Virus record (IMG/VR): IMGVR_UViG_3300025896_000022 | From: a virus | Lineage: Duplodnaviria; Heunggongvirae; Uroviricota; Caudoviricetes | Length of the DNA stretch: 64,000 nt | Reading direction: 5' to 3' (one strand) | In this document: positions 26,601 through 35,259 of the stretch, piece after piece | Numbering within the stretch: position 1 is the stretch's first letter | Layout of the letters: each line of letters starts with the position of its first letter | Made by a program: the position numbers and the translations under genes | Notes under the pieces: model-generated | What the model saw: the letters and a program-made list of their open reading frames with translations, nothing else | Told to the model about the DNA's origin: nothing | The model's database searches: none

Positions 26601-26888
26601 TATGGTGTAGAAAGAATACCAGACATCATGTTGTTAAAAGAAATGGCAGCATATAGAGATGGATTAAACGTGGATAGGATTATTGCTTTTTGTGCATTAG
26701 TTGCATTTGCAAAAGTGCAAGAATCCAATCGTGGTTACACTAAACGTGTTGAAAGAGAAGATGATAATTTGCAAAAGTCAAATAAAAATGCTAAATTGAG
26801 AGTGAGTCCATTTAGACATATGGGTGGTTCATATTCAATTAATTCATCTATGAGAAAACCTCATAATCCTTTTAAAAACATAAGATAA
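23625..26888 (+). CDS. terL: terminase large subunit (TerL) with an in-frame intein of about 347 aa carrying a LAGLIDADG homing endonuclease
   Basis: It has an ATPase-like N-terminal half and a Walker-B-like 'CTLFFHEEAG'. The nuclease-domain first catalytic motif 'SVDPVAEGK…' is interrupted by an intein. The intein shows a Hint N-block (GRKRIGDIQIGDKVTGSNGEVINV), two LAGLIDADG motifs (LLGLLLGDGGL; LQGLMDTDGSY) and a C-terminal '…VTHN|T' junction. The extein resumes 'TTTSDSLCSIYVY', matching the 'D.sa' part of the terminase nuclease motif. Confidence 0.7.
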   Translation: MYISVPTHDCELDSWSVTDFETRELFVEFLTKMFKVPGTYEFDECSNKFNEQAQLFNKNNKVYCVSPLRSKDYVTYWDDQKAKCRYGVIYKSNGKTWYLTREYYMWLNFLPIYDKEEARFGFAKVRDAQYHMALYEELARHSYKHVVILKKRQIASSYYHGAKMINYFWFEEGSISKMAGSLKDYINEKGTWRFLEEYRNFLNTYTAWYRPCTPDKVLNWEQKIEINQGGKKRDVGLKSVIFGLVLDKDPTNGVGGPCTLFFHEEAGIAPKMNMTMEYLLPAMKSGMIYTGQFIAAGSVGDLAQCEPLREMLMNPDGKDILAVETNLINDKGEIGMCGLFIPEQWSMLPCIDEYGNSQVELALEMILAERIVWKKKLKPDDYQLRISQKPINIAEAFAHRTRSVFPLHLVTQQLRRIEEGEYYKEFLDLNRDETGKVVAKESKKIPISEFPLSSKTEDKEGVLVVWERPHKDPIFGMYYASVDPVAEGKAEHVDNMLYTPKGRKRIGDIQIGDKVTGSNGEVINVIGVYPQGVKKMCKITFSDGHSIKVCEDHLWNVKLNGGTKGYITLSVKDLLNNTKTITYNGTGRNTKKEYTISTYYKDKQNRNKWSIPIVKPISFDFGKILPVNPYLLGLLLGDGGLSQKSIRFSTVDTELINSIEHILEDDLLIKKVKNSNCDYTIITKVGSRNSLTKRLKELGLKGKRSEDKFIPQEYLYALGSCRLSLLQGLMDTDGSYSNHGAEFYSSSKKLAYQVVELVQSLGGIAKIRCKKTTHLDSYIVRVLLPEYLNPFILKRKREIYKPSKVFSKYITNIEYINDAEAICISVDALDNLYVTEHAIVTHNTTTSDSLCSIYVYKTSQEITTHKSDGTIESNIERDKIVAAWCGRFDDLNKTHERLELIIEWYNAWTICENNVSAFIQHMIARRKQKYLVPKNQIMFLKEIQANMNVFQEYGWKNVGTMFKVNIIPYGKQFLEEELDYETKTDGTIVKTTYGVERIPDIMLLKEMAAYRDGLNVDRIIAFCALVAFAKVQESNRGYTKRVEREDDNLQKSNKNAKLRVSPFRHMGGSYSINSSMRKPHNPFKNIR
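25110..26153 (+). mobile_element. intein (Hint domain plus LAGLIDADG endonuclease) within terL. The C-terminal boundary is well defined (His-Asn 26148-26153, then Thr+1). The N-terminal boundary is approximate.
   Basis: See the TerL entry. The residue at the inferred N-terminal junction is not a canonical Cys/Ser, so the exact start may lie a few codons away. Confidence 0.6.
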
Positions 26889-26919
26889 TAATATATAACT
26901 TCGTCAAAATATATAAATT

Positions 26920-29649
26920 ATGCCAAAAATATATAACGCACTCCAGTTAAAAAATGGTGCAAAATCAGATTATAATAGAATGGGTACTATTACCCAACCT
27001 GTACAATTTTTATTAAATAAAGATAAAGATGAACAGTGGGCAGCATGGAATATGGACTGGCATGAAATGCAAGGTTTAAAGATGATTAGACGTAATGCAC
27101 GTAGGTTATTAAAAAATTATAAACTTGCAAATGGTATTATTGATAAATCTGATTACATTATTGAAGAAGATAATGAAATGGCTGATCTTATTGATACATT
27201 AACCAAAGAAGATGAATCAGCATTTGAGTTAAAATTTTTTCCAATTATACCTAATGTTATTAATGTATTAACTGGTGAATTTGCTAAACGTAATGATCGT
27301 ATATCATACAGAGCAGTTGATGATTTTTCATTTAATGAATTATCTGAAATGAAAAGAGGCATGATTGAAGAAAATCTTGTTCATTACGCAGAACAAAAAA
27401 TGCAAGAAACCATTCAACAAATGAGTTTAGACTTGCAAGATGAGCAACAAGCGCAACAAGCTCAGCAAATGATGTCACCAGATAATTTAAAATCACTTCC
27501 TGAAATTGAACAATTCTTTAAAAAAGATTATCGTTCAATGGTAGAACAATGGGCATCTCATCAGCACAATGTTGATACTGAACGTTTTACAATGAAAGAA
27601 CTTGAAAATCTTGCGTTTAGAGATATGCTAATTGCAGATAGAGAGTTTTGGCATTTTAACATGCGTGAAGATGATTATGAAATTGAATTATGGAATCCAC
27701 TATTAACATTTTACCATAAATCACCAGAAGCAAGATATATATCTCAATCTAACTGGGCAGGTAGAATGGATCTTATGACTATTTCTGACATCATTGATAA
27801 GTATGGTTACATGATGAATGAAGAACAAATGGCTGCACTTGAAGTAATATATCCAGTAAAATCTGCAGGATATATGTTACCTGGTGTACAAAATGATGGT
27901 TCTTTTTATGATGCCACTAGATCGCATGATTGGAATGTAGAAGGACCTTCATTAGGAATGCGTCAATTTACTGCACATAGGGATTCAGTTTTAAATACAG
28001 GTGATGATATTATTTATAGAATCTTAAATGAATCAGAAGATTTAATGGATTTTAGTAATTATTCTTTATTACGTGTTACTACAGTATATTGGAAATCACA
28101 AAGAATGGTTGGTCATTTGACCAAATTTACTGAGGATGGTATTCCTGTTGAAATGATTATTGATGAAAATTATAAAGTAACAGATAAACCAGTTTATGAC
28201 AATACTGTTTTAAAAAATAAATCAAAAGATAACTTAGTATTTGGTGAGCACATAGATTGGATATGGATTAATCAAACATGGGGTGGTATTAAGATAGGTC
28301 CAAATAGACCATCATTTTATGGTAATAATGATAGTACTGGATTTTCTCCTATATACTTAAATGTTAGACCAGTAAAGTTTCAATTTAAAGGAGACTTTAC
28401 TTTATATGGTTGTAAGTTACCTGTTGAAGGTTGTGTATTCTCTGATAGAAATACAAAATCAAGAGCACTAGTTGATAAAATGAAACCTTTTCAAGTAGGA
28501 TATAATTTGGTTAATAATCAGATTGCAGACATACTTGTTGATGAATTAGGTACAGTTATTATGCTTGATCAAAATGCATTACCACGTCACTCTATGGGTG
28601 AAGATTGGGGTAAAGATAATTTTGCAAAAGCATATGTTGCCATGAAGAATTTTCAAATGTTGCCTTTAGATACATCTATAACTAATACTGAAAATGCATT
28701 AAACTTTCAACATTATCAAGTACTTAATTTAGAACAGACACAACGTTTATTATCGCGTATACAATTAGCAGGATATTTCAAAAATCAAGCATTTGAAGCA
28801 ATTGGTATTACACCACAAAGATTAGGTGGTGCAACATCGCAAGAAACTGCAACTGGAATTACACAAGCATTAAATCAATCATTCTCACAAACTGAAATGT
28901 ATTTTGTACAACATTCAGAAAACTTAATGCCACGTATTCATCAAATGCGAACAGATCTTGCACAATACTATCATTCTAATCGACCAAGTATTAGATTGCA
29001 GTATATGACCTCTATGGATGAAAAAGTTAATTTTGAAATAAATGGTACTGAATTACTTGCAAGAGAGTTGAATGTGTTCCCTTCTACTAAAGTAAATCAA
29101 CGTGCAATAACAGAACAAATTAGAGGACTAGCTCTTTCTAATAATACTGCTGGTGCATCAATATATGATTTAGGTAATATTATCAAAGCAGATAGTATGG
29201 CAGAAATTACGCATGTATTGAAAGGTATTGAAGAAAAAGTTACTAAAGAAAAACAATCTGAACAACAATCTGCACAACAAGGTATTCAAATGCAACAACA
29301 AGCAGAAACTGAAAGACAAGATAAGAAACTTGCTTTTGAAGCAGAACAAGCTGCGTTGGATAGAGAAAATAACAAAATGGTTGCAGAGATACGTTCTGCT
29401 GGAATGACTGCAATGCAAGATAGAGATGCAAATAATCAAAATGATTATATTGATACGTTAAAATATCTCGATGAAAAAAATGCAAGAAATGAATCTGCAT
29501 CATTGGCAAGAGATAAAGAAATAAATTCACAAGTTAACGAACAAACTAAAGCAAATTTACAACGTCAAGATTTACAAGTACGTGAAAGAATTGCTGATAA
29601 ACAAGTTCAAGTTGCTACTATAAACAAAAATAAATATGATAAAAAATAA
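26920..29649 (+). CDS. portal protein (putative, unusually large at 909 aa)
   Basis: It is the first large gene after terL. It has a Q-rich coiled-coil C-terminus. The call is by position only. Confidence 0.4.
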   Translation: MPKIYNALQLKNGAKSDYNRMGTITQPVQFLLNKDKDEQWAAWNMDWHEMQGLKMIRRNARRLLKNYKLANGIIDKSDYIIEEDNEMADLIDTLTKEDESAFELKFFPIIPNVINVLTGEFAKRNDRISYRAVDDFSFNELSEMKRGMIEENLVHYAEQKMQETIQQMSLDLQDEQQAQQAQQMMSPDNLKSLPEIEQFFKKDYRSMVEQWASHQHNVDTERFTMKELENLAFRDMLIADREFWHFNMREDDYEIELWNPLLTFYHKSPEARYISQSNWAGRMDLMTISDIIDKYGYMMNEEQMAALEVIYPVKSAGYMLPGVQNDGSFYDATRSHDWNVEGPSLGMRQFTAHRDSVLNTGDDIIYRILNESEDLMDFSNYSLLRVTTVYWKSQRMVGHLTKFTEDGIPVEMIIDENYKVTDKPVYDNTVLKNKSKDNLVFGEHIDWIWINQTWGGIKIGPNRPSFYGNNDSTGFSPIYLNVRPVKFQFKGDFTLYGCKLPVEGCVFSDRNTKSRALVDKMKPFQVGYNLVNNQIADILVDELGTVIMLDQNALPRHSMGEDWGKDNFAKAYVAMKNFQMLPLDTSITNTENALNFQHYQVLNLEQTQRLLSRIQLAGYFKNQAFEAIGITPQRLGGATSQETATGITQALNQSFSQTEMYFVQHSENLMPRIHQMRTDLAQYYHSNRPSIRLQYMTSMDEKVNFEINGTELLARELNVFPSTKVNQRAITEQIRGLALSNNTAGASIYDLGNIIKADSMAEITHVLKGIEEKVTKEKQSEQQSAQQGIQMQQQAETERQDKKLAFEAEQAALDRENNKMVAEIRSAGMTAMQDRDANNQNDYIDTLKYLDEKNARNESASLARDKEINSQVNEQTKANLQRQDLQVRERIADKQVQVATINKNKYDKK

Positions 29650-29766
29650 TTATAGCGTTGTAGTCGAAAAAAATTACAAATAATTTTGCATATATGTAAA
29701 TCTTTAAGATTTAATTATGTAGATTATATATGAAGAAGAATAAGAACCAAACTAACAACAAAAAAA

Positions 29767-31011
29767 ATGAGTGCAGAAAAAGACAATTTAACAGTTGATA
29801 ATGTTACAATAGATAACATTGATGATTTTTTACCAATGCCTGGTGCAGAAAGTATTGTAACAGGTGAGGATAATGAGGATAAACAAAATTTATTTTCTTC
29901 TCCTAATAAATCAGTTAATCTTGATTTCTTAGATGAAGATGATAAAAGTAAAGGAAGTCCAGATGAAACTTCACAAGCAATTGCAGAACTAGATGATGCA
30001 TTAGAAAGTGGTGAAGAAGAAGATTTTAAACCTAAAGGTGGTAGAAAAAAAACTGACAAAAGTGGATTAGTTGATTTTTTAAAGAAAAGAATTGAAGGTA
30101 ATGAAATGTTTGCATTTGATGATTATGATGATTCAAAGCAAAGTTTAGATGATTATCTTGGAGGACTTACTGAGAAAGATGTTGAGGAATTATGGAAAGC
30201 AAATGTAGACAACATGAAAAATGAAGTTGCTGCAGCTACCCCAAAAGAGTTCTTTGAAAGTTTACCTGATGAATTACAATATGCTGCAGAGTATGTTGCA
30301 AAAGGGGGACAAGATTTAAAAGGTTTATTTAGAGCACTTGCACAAGTTGAAGAAGTAAGATCACTTGATCCAAGACAACCAGAACATCAGGAAATGATTG
30401 TAAGACAATATTTACAAGCATCTGGTTTTGGAGGTGGAGATCAAGAATTAATAGAAGACCAAATTCAAGAATGGTTTGATAATGGTAATCTTCAAAAGAA
30501 AGCATCTCAATTTCAACCAAAGTTGAATGATATGCAAGAACAAGTTGTTCAATCAAAACTTGCACAACAAGAAGCATTTAAACAAGATCAACAAGCAAAA
30601 AAAGAAGCATATATGCAAAACATATATGAAACATTAAAACCATCAGAATTGAATGGTGTTAAGATTGATAATAAAAGACAAAAAATGTTGTGGGATGAAT
30701 TAACCACAGTAAAATATGAAAGTCTTACTGGTAGACCAACCAATTTACTTGGTAAGTTATTAGAAGATTATCAATTTGGTCAAAAACCAAGATATGATTT
30801 AATTGCTGAAACATTATGGTTACTTTCTGATCCAGATGATTATAAAGAAAACATAAGAAAACAAGCAAAAAATGAAGCAGTTCAAAATACTGTAAGACAG
30901 TTAAAAACTGAAGAAGCACGTAAATTATCTTCTTATGTAAAAGAAGATGATGAAGAGGAAAAGACATCATCAAAAAGATTATCAAAACCTCAAAATATAT
31001 TTAGAAGATAA
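29767..31011 (+). CDS. acidic scaffolding-like protein (putative)
   Basis: 414 aa, very rich in D/E/K and predicted helical. Located between the portal candidate and the capsid candidate. Confidence 0.35.
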   Translation: MSAEKDNLTVDNVTIDNIDDFLPMPGAESIVTGEDNEDKQNLFSSPNKSVNLDFLDEDDKSKGSPDETSQAIAELDDALESGEEEDFKPKGGRKKTDKSGLVDFLKKRIEGNEMFAFDDYDDSKQSLDDYLGGLTEKDVEELWKANVDNMKNEVAAATPKEFFESLPDELQYAAEYVAKGGQDLKGLFRALAQVEEVRSLDPRQPEHQEMIVRQYLQASGFGGGDQELIEDQIQEWFDNGNLQKKASQFQPKLNDMQEQVVQSKLAQQEAFKQDQQAKKEAYMQNIYETLKPSELNGVKIDNKRQKMLWDELTTVKYESLTGRPTNLLGKLLEDYQFGQKPRYDLIAETLWLLSDPDDYKENIRKQAKNEAVQNTVRQLKTEEARKLSSYVKEDDEEEKTSSKRLSKPQNIFRR

Positions 31012-31052
31012 CAACAAATAAATTTATAACATAACCTTAATTATTTTTAAAA

Positions 31053-32696
31053 ATGAGTACACCTGTATTAAACAATGGTCTCTTCCTACGCGATACAACT
31101 TACAAAGTTAGTTCGCATGTAGATTCTTACCATTTGCAGAATATGCTTAAAACTTCAGAACCTATGGATTTAGGACCTGTTGATTTATGGGCAATGACGC
31201 AAAAGGTAGAAATGCCACTTTATCAAATGGCATCTTTTGGTGGTAAAAACACCATAATGGTAGACAATGCTCGCGGAGAGTACAAATGGCAAACACCAAT
31301 TGTACAAGATCTTCCATACATTGTTGAAGATGTAGAACCAACTCAAACTTCTTTAGGAGCTGATGGTACTAACTTCAAAATCAAAATTAACAGACGTATG
31401 TTTGGTTCTGGTGATATTATCACTTATGACAAATATAAAGGTCTTGAGTTGTATATTGTTCCTAGTGAAGATATTTTACCTTCTGGTGATGGTTTCATTT
31501 ATACTGTACAATTAGTAAACAATAGTAATACTGCAACTTTAGATAAAAAATATCTTAAACCAGGTACTAAATTCTTCAGAAAAGGTTCTGCAAGAGGTGA
31601 GTATGGAGAGAAATTTTCTGATATTGGAGAATTGCAAAATGGTTTCAGAGAGTACTACAACTTTGTTGGAGGTGCTGAAGCTCATGTACATTATTCTATT
31701 TCTTCTCGTGCTGACATGATGATGAAAGGTGGTCTTAATGCAGATGGTACAGTTCCTGTAACTGAAATCTGGAGATCATTTGATAAAAATCTTGATCCAT
31801 CTATCACTAAGATTGATGACATGGTTAAAACAATGGGTAAAGATTGGATTAAGAAATCTTATGACAATGGTAACTTAACTCGTTCATTTGTAACTAATCT
31901 TGAAGCAGCTCACTTATCTAAAGTAGCAAATGACATCGAAACTTATTTGATGTGGGGACAAGGTGGTAGAATTAAACAAGATGGTCCAGATGATATTAGA
32001 TTATCTGTAGGTCTTTGGTCTCAGTTGGATAACTCTTTCAAAAGAATTTACAACAAAAATAGTTTTAACTTGGAATTGTTTAGAAGTGAAATTTTCAACT
32101 TCTACAATGGTAAAGTAGAATTTAAAGGACCAGATCCAAATAGACAAATCATTGTTCAAACTGGTATGGCTGGTATGCGTATGGTAAATGAGGCAATCAA
32201 AAAAGAAGCATTTAGTGGTGCAACTGGTGGTGGTCTAATTGCTAACATGGATCAATCTGGTACTGGTGCTATCTCTGGTAAAAATGCAATGGACTTGAAT
32301 TTTGGATTTGCATTTACATCTTACACAATTCCTTTCTTGGCAAATGTGAAATTTGTATTGAATCCTGCATTTGACAATGTTCATACAAATGATATTGAGA
32401 ATCCAATCATTGATGGTTATCCATTATCTTCTTACAACTTTATTGTGTTTGATATTACTGATAACACTAATGATAACATTTTCTTGTTGAAACTTAAATG
32501 GGATAGTGAGATGAAATGGTTCTATCAAAATGGTACTATGGACTATATGGGTAGATCTCAAGGATTTGCATCTTCTGGAAACTTCAATGGTTATAGAGTA
32601 TTTATGACTCAAACAATGCCAAGTATCTGGGTAAAAGATCCAACTAAAGTGTTAAAAATTGTTATGAGAAACCCTATTACTGGTGGTTCATTCTAA
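31053..32696 (+). CDS. major virion structural protein (candidate major capsid protein)
   Basis: 547 aa, directly after the scaffold-like gene. Three consecutive perfect hairpins in the downstream intergenic region, starting with ACTGAGAGAA-8 nt-TTCTCTCAGT at 32716..32743, indicate an expression boundary. Confidence 0.35.
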   Translation: MSTPVLNNGLFLRDTTYKVSSHVDSYHLQNMLKTSEPMDLGPVDLWAMTQKVEMPLYQMASFGGKNTIMVDNARGEYKWQTPIVQDLPYIVEDVEPTQTSLGADGTNFKIKINRRMFGSGDIITYDKYKGLELYIVPSEDILPSGDGFIYTVQLVNNSNTATLDKKYLKPGTKFFRKGSARGEYGEKFSDIGELQNGFREYYNFVGGAEAHVHYSISSRADMMMKGGLNADGTVPVTEIWRSFDKNLDPSITKIDDMVKTMGKDWIKKSYDNGNLTRSFVTNLEAAHLSKVANDIETYLMWGQGGRIKQDGPDDIRLSVGLWSQLDNSFKRIYNKNSFNLELFRSEIFNFYNGKVEFKGPDPNRQIIVQTGMAGMRMVNEAIKKEAFSGATGGGLIANMDQSGTGAISGKNAMDLNFGFAFTSYTIPFLANVKFVLNPAFDNVHTNDIENPIIDGYPLSSYNFIVFDITDNTNDNIFLLKLKWDSEMKWFYQNGTMDYMGRSQGFASSGNFNGYRVFMTQTMPSIWVKDPTKVLKIVMRNPITGGSF

Positions 32697-32715
32697 TAAT
32701 TGATTATATTTGTAA

Positions 32716-32743
32716 ACTGAGAGAATGTAAAAGTTCTCTCAGT
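32716..32743 (+). terminator. perfect 10-bp stem hairpin ACTGAGAGAA-TGTAAAAG-TTCTCTCAGT after the structural gene
   Basis: Read directly. It is followed by two more inverted repeats, TGTAAGAC…GTCTTACA (about 32758-32793) and CTCCTAA…TTAGGAG (about 32796-32835). Confidence 0.45.
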
Positions 32744-32889
32744 TATTACAAAAAATGTGTAAGACAGGAATGCGCGATCTGGATAGTCTTACATACTCCT
32801 AAGATATAACAACCTTGACGTGGTTTAGGAGCTTTTACTAATAGTTATAAAAACAGAGAGAAACAGAATAAATAACCAAATTAACAAAC

Positions 32890-33906
32890 ATGGAAGTAAC
32901 AGTAATCGACAAACATCAGTCGTTAAAAAGAAACAGTTCATTGACAATTAGACCTTATGTTGACCAAGACATGGCAAACATGGGATTAGAAAAGTATCAA
33001 ATGGCATTATTTGAAGGAGTATTTCATGAGGAATCTCTTGCTTGTTTAGAATACAATGGTATTAGAAGATATGTATCTGGATTAAATGAATTTGCTCCAG
33101 AAATTAAATTGATGCCAACTGAACAAAAAGAAGCAGCAATTAAAGACATTAGAAAAACAGTTGCACAACTTGAAAGAGAATTAGCAGCAAATGTACTTGA
33201 TGAATCTGATCCTGATTTTTGGAATAAAGTAAAATTACTTAAACCAGATAATGATGATTTTTGGGGAAAAATAACTATGAGATTTGGTAATGAACCAGTT
33301 TTTTTAGATCCTGTAACGGATCCATATGATTTAATTAAATTACGTGGTATTGAAGCAGGTGGATTTAGCATAGTTGCAAAATCATTAGAAGATGCAAGAA
33401 GAGGTTCATCTCAATTTAAATTTTATTTAGATAAATATGAAGAAACTGCTACATTAAAAACTGAAGTTAAAAAAATCAGAAATAAAGCATTATCTGAATT
33501 GCAAAAATTATATGATAAGAATGCAAATAAATTATTTTATGTATGTAAAGTAATTGATCCTAATTCTACTCAATATAAAAAGTCTACTCCACTTGATATA
33601 CTTTATGACAACATGGATAAGTATATTAATGGTGAAACTGTTGATAAAGACAAGAAAAAAACTGCAAGTAAATTTTTAGAAGTAGCAACTCTTGATATGG
33701 AAACTCTTAAGTTAAGAGCAGTCATAAAAGATTCTAATTACTATAAATTAATTGCTACACGAGGAGATGGTAATATCTATCACATGAAGTCAGGTTCAAT
33801 GTTAGGTAAAAATCCTTCAGACATTTTATTATATTTAAAGAATCCTTTAAATGAAGATATTCTTTTAGATGTAACAACAAATGTTGAACATTACTGGAAC
33901 GTTTAA
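32890..33906 (+). CDS. structural-module hypothetical protein
   Basis: 338-aa ORF. Confidence 0.4.
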   Translation: MEVTVIDKHQSLKRNSSLTIRPYVDQDMANMGLEKYQMALFEGVFHEESLACLEYNGIRRYVSGLNEFAPEIKLMPTEQKEAAIKDIRKTVAQLERELAANVLDESDPDFWNKVKLLKPDNDDFWGKITMRFGNEPVFLDPVTDPYDLIKLRGIEAGGFSIVAKSLEDARRGSSQFKFYLDKYEETATLKTEVKKIRNKALSELQKLYDKNANKLFYVCKVIDPNSTQYKKSTPLDILYDNMDKYINGETVDKDKKKTASKFLEVATLDMETLKLRAVIKDSNYYKLIATRGDGNIYHMKSGSMLGKNPSDILLYLKNPLNEDILLDVTTNVEHYWNV

Positions 33907-34062
33907 TTTAAAACTATATATTATGTCATTTAATAAAACACAATTAGGTAAAGATGCAAAAGAAGCAAAAAAACCTGTAAGTAAACAAAATGCAAAACCA
34001 ATTATATCATCTATGAAGTATGGTGGTATGAAAGGTGGTAAAAAATGTTAATATAAATTACA

Positions 34063-34773
34063 ATGACCAATACACTTATACAAATAAAAATTAAACAGCG
34101 TTTAAACAAACTTGCTTCACTTGATTATGATAACATTGAGTGTTGGCAAGTCAGTGAAGCATTTAATAAAGCGCAACTTGAATGGTTTCGTAGACAAGTG
34201 CATGGTCATAACCAAGGTAAAGAAGGTGATGAATCAACTAAAATGAATATTGATGATATTCAAATATTGATTACAAATACTACATCAACTTGGAATGCAA
34301 CAAAACATGATTTGTATTATGAAACAGAACCATTACCATCTGATTATTTGTATTTCAAAAGATTGTCAGTAAATTGTATTTCAGAGTGTTGTCCTAAACC
34401 GCGACCAATGATTACATATCTTGCACAAGTTGGTGATATAGATAATTTACTTGCTGATAATTTTAGAAGTCCAAGTGCACAATGGGGTGAAACTCTTTGT
34501 ACAATTTCTGGAAATAGAATTAAAATTTATACAAATGGTGAATTTAATTTAGGTACACCAACATTATACTATTTTAGAAAACCAGTTGAAATTGCATTTA
34601 CTGGTTGTATGAATCCAAGTGATGGTAGTGTCGCAACATCTGATATATCTTGTGAATTTAAAGATGATATAGTTGAAATGATTATAGATGAAACATGTTC
34701 TATTTTAGCTGGTGACGTTGAATCAATGAGTCAGTTTCAAAGAGAAAAACAAAATGCAACATTAAACAATTAA
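34063..34773 (+). CDS. structural-module hypothetical protein
   Basis: 236-aa ORF. Confidence 0.4.
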   Translation: MTNTLIQIKIKQRLNKLASLDYDNIECWQVSEAFNKAQLEWFRRQVHGHNQGKEGDESTKMNIDDIQILITNTTSTWNATKHDLYYETEPLPSDYLYFKRLSVNCISECCPKPRPMITYLAQVGDIDNLLADNFRSPSAQWGETLCTISGNRIKIYTNGEFNLGTPTLYYFRKPVEIAFTGCMNPSDGSVATSDISCEFKDDIVEMIIDETCSILAGDVESMSQFQREKQNATLNN

Positions 34774-34783
34774 AAATATAAAT

Positions 34784-35227
34784 ATGGATTTTGCAGGAGA
34801 TTTTAAATTAAATAAATTAAAAAGAGCAGGAGTTTCTGGTGGTTCATCACTTGAAAGTCAAACAGCCTCTTGTGTAAGTGAACTAATGAATGCTGCTACT
34901 AGTTTTCATAAGTTACATTTAAAAGTAACTGGTTTAGGTTCATTTGCTGCTCATAAAGCATTGAATGAATTATATGATGCAATGCCTGGACATGCTGATG
35001 ATTTAGCAGAAGGATTCCAAGGTGCTGCAGAAAAATTATTAAGTTATGAAGATTCTGCACCAAGAATTTTGAATTCTGTAGAAGAATCATTATCTTATAT
35101 AAGAGATTTATATCAACAAGTAACTTCATTACAAGCAGTTATGCCTTATAGTGAAATTGTAAATGACCTTGATATGGTCAAAAGTACACTGAATAGTATT
35201 AAATATAAATTACTATTCCTCAAATAA
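34784..35227 (+). CDS. structural-module hypothetical protein
   Basis: 147-aa ORF. Confidence 0.4.
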   Translation: MDFAGDFKLNKLKRAGVSGGSSLESQTASCVSELMNAATSFHKLHLKVTGLGSFAAHKALNELYDAMPGHADDLAEGFQGAAEKLLSYEDSAPRILNSVEESLSYIRDLYQQVTSLQAVMPYSEIVNDLDMVKSTLNSIKYKLLFLK

Positions 35228-35259
35228 TAATGTATTATTAACTTTAAATATTTTAAATT

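Noticed and set aside
26920-29649. Calling this gene a second terminase or another enzyme because it is much larger than typical portals
   Set aside because: No ATPase or nuclease motifs were seen. Position after terL still favours a portal. Confidence was kept low rather than reassigning it.
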